The translations under genes were made by a program, and so were the position numbers. The notes beneath the pieces are model-generated. The model saw only the letters and a list, made by a program, of their open reading frames with translations. It was not told where the DNA came from and ran no database searches. A DNA stretch of 64,000 bases from an uncultured Poribacteria bacterium (GTDB lineage Bacteria; Poribacteria; WGA-4E; WGA-3G): positions 1,056,001 through 1,120,000 of the forward strand of contig CATQHZ020000001.1 of the NCBI GenBank assembly GCA_958296135.2, given 5' to 3'. Below are positions 22,780 through 31,137 of this stretch, piece after piece (within the stretch, counting starts at the first letter, position 1; every line of letters starts with the position of its first letter).

Positions 22780-24090
22780 TGACTCTGGGTAGGCGCGGTT
22801 TTCCACCGCGCCTTCGTAGTTTCTGTGTGGAATCTGATGGCGGGTTAACCTGCGATTAAAGGTTCGCAAATCTATGCCCAAAGCCGCCGCTGCATGGGTG
22901 CGATTGTCATGATACCGTGCTAACGTATTGAGAATGCACGCCTTCTCAAACGCAGCCAATGCTACCTCCAACTTTGTCTTGAGCGGGAATTTCACAACGA
23001 ACGTCTTGTCTGTTTTCGGGGCTTCTTCGGGCACTTCTTCCTGCGGCTCTCGTTGTCCCTGAAGTTCTGCCGGGAGATGCCTCGGTAAAATGGGGCCGCG
23101 TTCCGCGTTGACAATGGCGGTGATCATAGCGTTTTTCAATTGCCGTATATTCCGTGGCCACGCGTAGGTTTTGAGTAACGCAAGTGCAGCTGCACTGAGT
23201 TCGCCGAGCGGAAGTTGGTGGCTCCGGCTTTCTTTTTCCAAAAAGTGTTGCGCCAACGCCGGGATATCTCCTGGCCGCTCTCGCAAAGGCGGTACAGAGA
23301 TAGTCAGCGTTTTGAGGCGTTCATAAAGGTCTGCACGAAACTGCTTCTCTTGAACTTCTCTCGGCAGTTCTCGGTTGGTAGCGGCGATGACTCGGACGTT
23401 CACCGAGATATCTTCTGTCCCGCCGATTCGGTGGAAACAGCCTGTCTCAATGACGCGTAGGAAATTCGGCTGGGCCTGAAGAGGAATTTCCCCGATTTCA
23501 TCAAGGAAAAGGGTGCCGCCATCTGCCTGTTCAAAGTAGCCGATGTGCTGCTGATGCGCGTCGGTAAACGCGCCTTTCTCATGCCCGAAAAGGGCACTCC
23601 CTATCAAGTTTGGCTCGATGGCACCACAATCCATGACAACCAACTTTTCCTTCCGCCTATCGCTCTGGTTGTGCAACGCTTGTGCTGCCAGTTCCTTCCC
23701 CACCCCGGTCTCACCCAAGATCAGGACTGAGTAAGGGAGCGGAGCGAAATTCTCAATGTCCTTGAACATCGCTAAAACTTGCCGATTCTCGCCGACAATA
23801 CCGGGGTAAGTCCCCTTCAAATCGGCGCGGGTCCGAGGTGTGTCGGGCCGCGGGGTTGACAAAGTGCGGTTGTCCGGCTGCTCTACTGCTTGAACTGCTA
23901 CAACCGTCGTCTCTGGGACTGCCGCCGAGATTTGCTGAAACGCATCGCTGTCTTCGGGTTCCGATGCTGCCGGTGATAATTCGTAACCGTGCAGTTCAAG
24001 GATGTTGCGGACTTCGTTTGCGGTAGCCTCATCCGCCACGATAAAGACGTGGGAGGGAGTCTTGCCGATCGCTTTTCGTTGCTGTGTCAT
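22765..24090 (-). CDS. Sigma-54-dependent transcriptional activator (bEBP, AAA+ plus Fis HTH) with a degenerate N-terminal domain
   Basis: GETGVGKE, LFGHEKGAFTDA, GTLFLDEIGE, RVIAATNR, WPRNIRQL, AAAALGI HTH. Confidence 0.93.
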   Translation of the reverse strand: MTQQRKAIGKTPSHVFIVADEATANEVRNILELHGYELSPAASEPEDSDAFQQISAAVPETTVVAVQAVEQPDNRTLSTPRPDTPRTRADLKGTYPGIVGENRQVLAMFKDIENFAPLPYSVLILGETGVGKELAAQALHNQSDRRKEKLVVMDCGAIEPNLIGSALFGHEKGAFTDAHQQHIGYFEQADGGTLFLDEIGEIPLQAQPNFLRVIETGCFHRIGGTEDISVNVRVIAATNRELPREVQEKQFRADLYERLKTLTISVPPLRERPGDIPALAQHFLEKESRSHQLPLGELSAAALALLKTYAWPRNIRQLKNAMITAIVNAERGPILPRHLPAELQGQREPQEEVPEEAPKTDKTFVVKFPLKTKLEVALAAFEKACILNTLARYHDNRTHAAAALGIDLRTFNRRLTRHQIPHRNYEGAVENRAYPESLEYS

Positions 24091-24253
24091 CGATTTATCC
24101 CTCTGGTTGCATTGTAGGTATCCGCTGGTGTTTCGGCCAACGGGCGGATTGTTTGGGACATATTCGCTACGATACGCATAGCCTATCACATTTTTGAAAA
24201 GCTGTCAAGAAACATATACGCGCTAATGTGGCGACTTTGGCCTCCTCTCTATG

Positions 24254-24288
24254 AAAAAAGCCGCTATTGTCAAAATGCAACAGCGGCT
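24254..24288 (-). terminator. Intrinsic terminator after the 26786-24380 gene run
   Basis: Minus strand AGCCGCTGTTG...CAATAGCGGCT followed by a T-run. Confidence 0.7.
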
Positions 24289-24379
24289 AAATCGGTAGTC
24301 GGGTTGAGTCGGACGGTAGTTTGATCCAGAAAGGGGACGCAGTGCCACGTGTTTGACGCTACGATTTTTCTTCTATTCC

Positions 24380-24658
24380 CTATTGCGTTTCAGTGGGGAC
24401 ATCTTGTTTGTCCCGCTGCCGGCGTTCACGCGCCTCTTGGATGCGCTTTCGGATCCGTTCCTTCCGCTCTGCACAACACCCACAGGATTTCTCTTTTACA
24501 GCGGAGGGAGGTGTCTTAGTAGGCACAACTGTCTCCGCGGATGGGTGTTGCTTAGGCACACGCGGCGGGAGTCTATCTGTGGCGTAAGCGATAAACGCCG
24601 CGAGAATCGCTAGAAGAACGAGGACGGCAATGCCGTATGCAAAACCGGTATTTTTCAT
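24380..24658 (-). CDS. Small membrane-anchored protein with a CGCC motif and basic coiled coil
   Basis: N-terminal TM helix, KSCGCCAERKERIRKRIQEARERR. Its start directly abuts the upstream stop. Confidence 0.75.
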   Translation of the reverse strand: MKNTGFAYGIAVLVLLAILAAFIAYATDRLPPRVPKQHPSAETVVPTKTPPSAVKEKSCGCCAERKERIRKRIQEARERRQRDKQDVPTETQ

Positions 24659-25663
24659 TTACTTTTTCTCCTGTTGTTTCCGAAGGAACCGTGTGACATG
24701 TTCAGCGACCTCCGGATCTAACGCTTTCAGACGACGGAGCCCTTCTTCAGGGCCATAGCGATTCAAGGTTTGCATAGCACGGTTGAACCGCTCTGGTGAA
24801 AAACTTCCACGCAGGAACGTTTCAAGACTTTCTTCGGTAGATGACTCAGACGTGAGTGCTCCTTCAATGTCAACCTCACTTTCTGTGAAGGTGTCGTCTT
24901 CGCCTTCTATGGTGGAAGCAAAATCGTCAAAAGCGGGAGACGCTACACTTTGAACTGGTTCCCCATCAATTCGGGGTTCCGTGGGGTACTGATCGGTTTC
25001 CGTGTTAACGAATTCGTCTTCCGCGGGAATAGGAGGCTCTGGGGTATCCGAAAAATCTGGCTCTTCCGCGGCGGGAGGTATCGGATTTTGAAGCACATCC
25101 ATAGCCCACCGCCCAATTGCGAAATAGTCGCCTTCAAAATGTTCCATTGCCCATACGATATTTGGCTCTTCCACCAAAAACTCAACTATCACATCTCTAA
25201 CACTTTCAGAGGCAGCATCTGTGCCAAACTGAATGTTCCTTTCCCAAAAAAGCGTGGATAATTTCTCACGCATTTTTGGCTCAAGTGCATCGGCAGAATC
25301 TTGTGGGAAATGTTCCTGAAACATCTCATGAAATTCTGCGAGAAATTCATTGTAACGAAGTTTAACACCTTGTGAGGCGAAGAAATCCAAAATATCCTTT
25401 ACACTGTTCGGATCCGTTGTTAAAAAATCCTGATACGCCTGGCTTTTGAACACCTTCTCCAGTCTTTGGTTTTCTGCCTCGGTGAACGCGCGCTTGCTCA
25501 GAAAACCTCGTACCCACTGCCCTGAGCCCTGCTGTGCTTGTGTTTGCACTGTAGAACTACGAGATGTGACCGATTTTCGGCGTTGGAGTCCCCAAAAAAC
25601 ACCAACGCCAACAACCGCGAGTATCAGCGCGACACTCAGAATACGGTTTAACTTTTCAGTCAT
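24659..25663 (-). CDS. Hypothetical membrane-anchored protein
   Basis: AGGAGG RBS before ATG 25663, single N-terminal TM helix, acidic/Pro-rich linker, C-terminal YGPEEGLRRLKALDPEVA. Confidence 0.82.
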   Translation of the reverse strand: MTEKLNRILSVALILAVVGVGVFWGLQRRKSVTSRSSTVQTQAQQGSGQWVRGFLSKRAFTEAENQRLEKVFKSQAYQDFLTTDPNSVKDILDFFASQGVKLRYNEFLAEFHEMFQEHFPQDSADALEPKMREKLSTLFWERNIQFGTDAASESVRDVIVEFLVEEPNIVWAMEHFEGDYFAIGRWAMDVLQNPIPPAAEEPDFSDTPEPPIPAEDEFVNTETDQYPTEPRIDGEPVQSVASPAFDDFASTIEGEDDTFTESEVDIEGALTSESSTEESLETFLRGSFSPERFNRAMQTLNRYGPEEGLRRLKALDPEVAEHVTRFLRKQQEKK

Positions 25664-25689
25664 AATACCTCCTGAGCTTTCCATTCTTG

Positions 25690-26466
25690 TCAAGGTTTCC
25701 TTTTCTCGTCTACCCATCTCAAGAATAAGTCGGGATTGGACAAATTCTGCAGGAGTTCTCCGATAAGCGCGGGATTGCCGATGGCACTCCATAACAGCCC
25801 TTCATCTACACCATGTTCTTCAAACTGTTCATGGAGCCACTGCGCGTCCATCTTTTCCGTTTGAACAACGAAGGGTTCAAAAACACCGGCAAATTGTCCT
25901 GCTTTCAGTTGATGACGCTCGAGAAATCCTTTTACTAGCGGCCCAATGAAAATCTTGAATTTTTTGTCGAAAATCTCCCAGACATCTTCTGCGGCGATAT
26001 CCTCACGGTAAAGGATAAAATTCGCCTCCCGGGATGCAACCGTCATCTGATGAACGGTTGTTATATCTTCGTCCGTAGGGATACCGATCCAGTTTTTCAA
26101 AAAAGGGAGATATCTCTCCGCATCCGGTGGTGCCACCTCAAGATACTCGTCAAATGTCTGGAAGGGCTCTTCTAGTGGAGATTCCTGTGTCAGAAAATCC
26201 AAATAGGGCTGAGAACGCGTCACTTCTCGGAGAGTTTTAAGATCATCGTCTAAAATGGCGTTCGGAAACATACGCTGCAACTTCACGAAGATGTCTTCCA
26301 CCCCTGTGGGCTCGGTGGCTATCGGCTGCGGGCCGACTGCCTCAACCTGTGCCGTTGTCTCTTTACCAATCGCTTCAGTGATGTCGGGTGGCGTGTCTAC
26401 ACACCCAAGCAATTGGAAACCGAGTGCGAAAAGTATAAATACAATGAAACGTAGGAAGTTTTGCAA
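25690..26466 (-). CDS. Hypothetical lipoprotein
   Basis: TTG start with GAGGA RBS, hydrophobic signal ending in the lipobox LLGC. Confidence 0.8.
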   Translation of the reverse strand: MQNFLRFIVFILFALGFQLLGCVDTPPDITEAIGKETTAQVEAVGPQPIATEPTGVEDIFVKLQRMFPNAILDDDLKTLREVTRSQPYLDFLTQESPLEEPFQTFDEYLEVAPPDAERYLPFLKNWIGIPTDEDITTVHQMTVASREANFILYREDIAAEDVWEIFDKKFKIFIGPLVKGFLERHQLKAGQFAGVFEPFVVQTEKMDAQWLHEQFEEHGVDEGLLWSAIGNPALIGELLQNLSNPDLFLRWVDEKRKP

Positions 26467-26492
26467 TGTTTAATCCTCAATAGTCGTGGCGA

Positions 26493-26530
26493 GTGGTGGT
26501 GAAATTTAAAATCGATAAAATCACCACCAC
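26493..26530 (-). other. Intercistronic hairpin after the peptide gene
   Basis: GTGGTGGTGA...TCACCACCAC perfect 10-bp stem with an AT-rich loop. Confidence 0.55.
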
Positions 26531-26558
26531 ACCCGGTATACCCAAAAAAAGAGGTTGC

Positions 26559-26786
26559 TCAGTTACAGACACCATCCGCCCAATTGCAAATCGCTTCTGC
26601 AATATCCTCTGCGAAATCACACCAAGCAGGTCTGGATAGACAGACATAACTTGCGACAATGTTTGCCACATCACATGCAAGTTGTGCATCATTACATTCA
26701 TCGGCATCCGCCAGTTGCGGAACAAGCATGACTGCAAATGCGATGATAGTTACCAGTGCAAGGCTTTTTACCACTATTGCTTTCAT
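26559..26786 (-). CDS. Small secreted six-cysteine acidic peptide precursor
   Basis: Strong RBS AAGGAGG, 28-aa Sec signal ending A-D-A, 47-aa mature part with 6 Cys. Confidence 0.8.
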   Translation of the reverse strand: MKAIVVKSLALVTIIAFAVMLVPQLADADECNDAQLACDVANIVASYVCLSRPAWCDFAEDIAEAICNWADGVCN

Positions 26787-26799
26787 CGGTTTTTCCTCC

Positions 26800-27293
26800 T
26801 TCTGTCGCCCACTCCGTTAAGAGAAAGTCGGAATTATAAAACGAGAATCACCACCAGCGACATTGAGCAAAATTCCCGGCAGCGTTCAAGCTGCTCAGCG
26901 GAACGGGAGTCGCTGGTGCGTTCCAATTGTTGCGCGCCACATCATGCATGTCTCACGTGCCATCGGCGCAGGAGTAGCAAATTTTGCGAATGTCTCTCAA
27001 TATTCGCAAAGGCGAAACCGGTAAAGGAAAAATCAATGACATGCCGGCAGCTGACGTTCCCGTTAGCACACCCGGAAACGGTGCCCGGTTTCCTCCGAAC
27101 GGTGTGTCTTGCTCGTCTTCGTTGTGGTGCTGACGTGATTCATCGGTGAATCGACTCCGCCCGTTGGCGAATCCTCGGTGTCAGCCGCAAGAACACTTCG
27201 GCAGGAGCGGCACAGCTCCCAACATCGCTTCTTGACTGTTCCCTACCCGATACGCCGGAAAACGTTCCGACTCGGTTGAGAACGCCTCAACCT
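26800..27293 (-). ncRNA. Candidate structured 5' leader or ncRNA
   Basis: No credible minus-strand ORF between the sigma-54 promoter and the peptide gene. At least seven clear stems found by eye. Confidence 0.45.
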
Positions 27294-27303
27294 ATAAACA
27301 TAG

Positions 27304-27320
27304 TTGCAAGAACCGTGCCA
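27304..27320 (-). promoter_or_regulatory. Consensus sigma-54 (-24/-12) promoter
   Basis: Minus strand reads TGGCACGGTTCTTGCAA, matching TGGCAC-N5-TTGC. Confidence 0.85.
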
Positions 27321-27448
27321 ACTCGAACATCGGCACTTTAAACGTCCCTTTCGGGTATTTTTCACGGGATTTTCTAAAAACGCCGCGTTTTTCGGCGATG
27401 TTGCTGGCATTGTGCATTTTTCGGCGATGTTATCCCGCCATTCAACAA

Positions 27449-27505
27449 TGTCAAATATGTCATACACTGCCAAAGTTGTCATACCTCTCTGTGCCAAAGT
27501 TGTCA
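27449..27505. promoter_or_regulatory. Putative upstream activator (enhancer) boxes
   Basis: TGTCAAATATGTCA (27449), TGCCAAAGTTGTCA (27468) and TGCCAAAGTTGTCA (27492), about 155-210 bp upstream of the predicted start site. Confidence 0.6.
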
Positions 27506-27874
27506 CACTTGCGGAGATGTCTTAAAGTTGCGTGGCGAATTCGTCAAGCATTTGGCGGATGTGCTCTTCGTTTCCATCAATGAAGGGGGAGCTAAGAACG
27601 TTGTCTCGCTTTCCGCCGCTTCTTGACTTCTCGCAGTGTCTGCACTGGAAGTCTCTGCGGTAGTATCTTCGCTTATGAGCGTTCCTGCCGAGGTTTCCGA
27701 TACATCGTCCCGCTCAGCCTGAGAGGAATTGGTATCCTTTTGCGGCTGTGGAGCCACGGTCTGAGGAACCTGAGGGAGGCTTCTCTCGAAGCGTTCTTTC
27801 TCATGCTCTAAGAATAGCACCCAAATCGTGCCTAGAACAACGAGAAGGGCTCCGATAAAAACGAGTTGTTTCAT
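27503..27874 (-). CDS. Membrane-anchored hypothetical protein, probably 3'-truncated
   Basis: AAGGAG RBS, TM helix plus LEHEKERFERSLPQVP motif. The ORF runs out of frame through the duplicated segment 27522-27595. Confidence 0.65.
   Translation of the reverse strand: MKQLVFIGALLVVLGTIWVLFLEHEKERFERSLPQVPQTVAPQPQKDTNSSQAERDDVSETSAGTLISEDTTAETSSADTARSQEAAESETTFLAPPSLMETKSTSAKCLTNSPRNFKTSPQV
27522..27595 (-). repeat. Diverged direct repeat of the 3' end (28966-29040) of the zinc-ribbon gene
   Basis: 34-bp identical core TTGCGTGGCGAATTCGTCAAGCATTTGGCGGATG at 27528-27561 and 28972-29005. Confidence 0.88.
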
Positions 27875-28127
27875 GATGAAATTCTCCTTTGTGTCGAGAC
27901 CGGGAGGTCTCTCTTACCGGTGTCGAGATGCGCGTTTCAATAGAGGTGCAATGCAGATGCTTCGCGATGCTTTGCACTTCATGCATGCCGCGTGAGGGCA
28001 GATATAGACGGCATCTGCCCTTACTGGGAAATTACGAATCTATAGGGCAAGAGCTCCCGATTTTAACCTGTTTGGCCGCCCACCTCGGCGGGCCCGAACC
28101 ACAGAGGTAATTTGGTATAACAGCGTT

Positions 28128-28781
28128 CTACTCTTCTTCGTCAGCGAACTCTGATACACTAAACCCAACCTCGTAGTCCAAGTGAGTGATACCAGAGGCC
28201 TTCATCGTCCTGAGCATTTCCAACATTTGCCGCCTTCGCTGAGGATAGAGGTAAAAGAGTGCCTCTTCGCCAGCAATATGTTCGTCAATCGTCATTCGCT
28301 CGTTTTTGAAAAGTTTTCGCTGGTACTCGGATGCAACATAAACTTGCGGCATATCACCAAACATTTCGAGATACGCATTTTGCATCGCATCGGCTCGCTC
28401 GTCTGGAGATAATTCTAAATTTGGCGTTCTGTCCACCGCACTCTCCCGTTGTTGCCACGGATCTGCCGGCCTGGCGCGCGGGAGTGAATCATCACCCCTC
28501 GTGATGTCCTCGTTCTCTTGGAGAGGGTTGTCACTGTTCGCTTGAACCGAATCCTGCTCCACGGCAGATGAGACTTCGCCAGTGTCGGTTCCAGTTTCGC
28601 CGGCGTTGGTTCCGGTCTGAAGCGGCGGCGAATCCGCTGTGGTGGCATTGTTCACACGCGGATTCACCGGCTCGGGTGGTTGCGGCAGACTTTGAATAAA
28701 AGCCTTTTTATCATGCTCTAGGTAAAGTATCCAGCCCGCTATGCCAACTATTATTAATATGAAAATCGCGATTTTTCGCAT
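28128..28781 (-). CDS. Membrane-anchored hypothetical protein (paralog family of 27874 and 57214)
   Basis: AAGGAGG RBS, TM helix plus LEHDKKAFIQSLPQPP. Confidence 0.8.
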   Translation of the reverse strand: MRKIAIFILIIVGIAGWILYLEHDKKAFIQSLPQPPEPVNPRVNNATTADSPPLQTGTNAGETGTDTGEVSSAVEQDSVQANSDNPLQENEDITRGDDSLPRARPADPWQQRESAVDRTPNLELSPDERADAMQNAYLEMFGDMPQVYVASEYQRKLFKNERMTIDEHIAGEEALFYLYPQRRRQMLEMLRTMKASGITHLDYEVGFSVSEFADEEE

Positions 28782-28965
28782 TGGACGATGCCTCCTTTTG
28801 CAAAAAAGACTCTGCAGAACAAATTCTGATTGCGGGAAGCGACTGGGTATAGGGATTCCGTTTGCAGGGACCCTATATCCAATCTGTTTAATGGTAAATG
28901 TAGTAGCCTCATCCTTCGCTAAAGATGTGATACGGAGCCTTGCTAATTCCCTCTTACACCTGGTC

Positions 28966-29919
28966 TCATGTTTGCGTGGCGAATTCGTCAAGCATTTGGC
29001 GGATGCTTGCCTCATTTCCGTCAAGGAAGAGGGGAGCTAACGCGCCGCGGCCGTGCAATGCTTGCAGGAGAGAGTCGATCTGCATCATGCGTTCCTGCGG
29101 CGTGCGGCATTTGGGCCATTTGTCAGCGAATTCGCGCGCCGGTTGGGGGTTGCCGGTTCTCAAGGAGCGTGCGCTTTTGCGCCACGCCTGCCAGGTGAAA
29201 GTATGTCTGCACGCCGTGCACTGCAGTTTTTCGTCGCGTTTTTTGAGGCTTTTGCGGTAGGCTCGCCAGCGGCGTTTGTAGCCGCACGCGGTGCAGTGGA
29301 TATGTCCCTTCGTGTGCAGTGCGACTTCGTTGCATTTTGGGCAGTATAGTTCATCTATTTCTCCGGTACGCGCGCTTTTCAAGAGTGCTTCTTTTGCCCT
29401 ATGAGTCACGGCGGCCTCCGGTCTGCGGATGACGTGAAGGCAGTGTGGGCACGGTAATCGCACGCGGGCCCGAATGGAACGGCGGTATGTGTCCCACGTC
29501 CATCTCTTTCCGCAAGTGCAGTGGAGTTCAGCGTGTACGCGAGATGCGCGATGAGAAAGCGCGCCTCCCTCAGCGAGGTTCGTACCGCAATCAAAGCACC
29601 GTGGCGTTTTGCGCAGCGCGTCCCGGCAGTCCTGCCAGAGCAGCCGCTTGGCACAATGCGGGCAGTGAAACCAATTGACGTGCAGGCTGCCGGTGCTTTT
29701 CCGAAAGCGCGCGTTGATGCGTCGTTGGACTTTGGTACGGCACTGCGGGCACGGCACGCGTCCTTCTGGGAACACATCGGCTACCGTCGCAATGTCGGCA
29801 CAGCGCGCGTGGAGTTCCCATCCCACAACCTGCAGCGCGTCGTCATCGTAGATGCCTAACCGTGCGGCGCGGTAGAGCCGGCGGATTTTGATAGGTTTTA
29901 CACGAGGTGCCCATGTCAT
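28966..29919 (-). CDS. Basic multi-zinc-ribbon hypothetical protein
   Basis: CPQC, CPHC, CFDC, CTC, CPHC, CPKC, CTAC, CTAC. Start overlaps the stop of the upstream gene. Confidence 0.8.
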   Translation of the reverse strand: MTWAPRVKPIKIRRLYRAARLGIYDDDALQVVGWELHARCADIATVADVFPEGRVPCPQCRTKVQRRINARFRKSTGSLHVNWFHCPHCAKRLLWQDCRDALRKTPRCFDCGTNLAEGGALSHRASRVHAELHCTCGKRWTWDTYRRSIRARVRLPCPHCLHVIRRPEAAVTHRAKEALLKSARTGEIDELYCPKCNEVALHTKGHIHCTACGYKRRWRAYRKSLKKRDEKLQCTACRHTFTWQAWRKSARSLRTGNPQPAREFADKWPKCRTPQERMMQIDSLLQALHGRGALAPLFLDGNEASIRQMLDEFATQT

Positions 29920-30929
29920 AATTGCACGACTTGTCCTGTCTCCACGCTATCGCTAATCGCCTTCAGAACGCGCATGTTCTGATACGCGTCTTCGAGGCTG
30001 GCGTGCGGTTGTGTCCCCTCTTGCAACGATTTCGCCCAATGCTGCATCTCTTCCAGGTACCCGGGCCTACCGATGCTGTGGAGAGCGGTGTTGAGTTCCC
30101 ATTCTTCGGTAGGCGTATCGGCGTATCCTCCGCCGGTGCCGAGCCATGTGGGCATGCGATAGCGGCGCAGCTTCCGCGTCTCTAACACCTGAATCGCCTG
30201 TTCTCCCGTGCCTTTCACGAAGACCATGGTTTCTAAAGCGGGCCCGGTGCCGAGTGTCATCGTGCCGATGCCGCTGTTTTGGTAGCGCAGATTGACAGAG
30301 AGTGATACGGTGCCGGTGGCTTCGTTAATCTCTCCCATCGCGAACACTTCGCTGACTTGTCCCATAAAGAACCGCATGCAGTCGGTGGGGTGAATACCCT
30401 GGTCGAGCATGAAGGGCCATGCGAAAGGCGATGTCGTTTCGCGTAAGCGCGGGCTGGGCGCGAGGTATCGGGTATGATATTGGCACGGCGTTCCGAATTC
30501 CGCTTCTGTCATCAGCTGCTTGGCAATCTGATGTGCGGGTGCGTGTCGCCACATTGTGCCCACCATCCCCGTTTTGCCGGTTTCAGCGGCGGCATCTACC
30601 AGCATTTTCGCGCCTTCAGGGGTAGTAGCTGGTGGCTTCTCCGTATAAATATGATAGCCGCGTTGCAAGCATTCAATGCCGATGTCGCGATGTAGTTTAT
30701 CCTCTGGGCGGCCGACCACGGCGATGGCGTACAGTTCTTCGTTTTTGAGCATTTCATCGTAGTCGGTGTAATGGCGGAGTGCGCCGAATTTTCGGGCGTT
30801 CGCTTGTGCTTTTTCTGCGACGATATCGCAGGTGGCGACAAATTCAAATTCGGGCACCATCGGGATGCACTGTTGTAGTTGCGATGACATTCCGCCGCAG
30901 CCGATGAATGCGATTCGGATGTTGTCCAT
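29916..30929 (-). CDS. Gfo/Idh/MocA family oxidoreductase
   Basis: IAFIGCGG, EKP motif, LDQGIH. Confidence 0.9.
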   Translation of the reverse strand: MDNIRIAFIGCGGMSSQLQQCIPMVPEFEFVATCDIVAEKAQANARKFGALRHYTDYDEMLKNEELYAIAVVGRPEDKLHRDIGIECLQRGYHIYTEKPPATTPEGAKMLVDAAAETGKTGMVGTMWRHAPAHQIAKQLMTEAEFGTPCQYHTRYLAPSPRLRETTSPFAWPFMLDQGIHPTDCMRFFMGQVSEVFAMGEINEATGTVSLSVNLRYQNSGIGTMTLGTGPALETMVFVKGTGEQAIQVLETRKLRRYRMPTWLGTGGGYADTPTEEWELNTALHSIGRPGYLEEMQHWAKSLQEGTQPHASLEDAYQNMRVLKAISDSVETGQVVQL

Positions 30930-31137
30930 GATGTCTTCTCCAGGTCAGATTGAGGATAGCGAGAGCCGTTTCGTTTTCAGTTTTCGTGCGCTGTCTGGAC
31001 AGCCGCGTCTTCCTGTAGGGCGAAGTTCTGTCCTCTGCCATGTTTCTAACAACTGCTGCAGCGCGATGCAAATAGGGATCACTACTGGGATGCCTAAATC
31101 TTCCTACATCCTATCAGGTTTGCAGGAAATAGTCAAT

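Noticed and set aside
26945-26963. Second sigma-54-like motif TGGCACGTGAGACATGC on the minus strand
   Set aside because: GG-to-GC spacing is 12 rather than the strictly required 10.
27003-27050. GCAAAGGCGAAACCGG resembling a c-di-GMP-I riboswitch
   Set aside because: The GNRA-capped stem and GACGCAAAG junction are missing, and it is on the strand opposite the downstream genes.
26682-27149. 155-aa plus-strand ORF across the leader
   Set aside because: It is antisense to the well-supported peptide gene, with no RBS and no recognisable motif.
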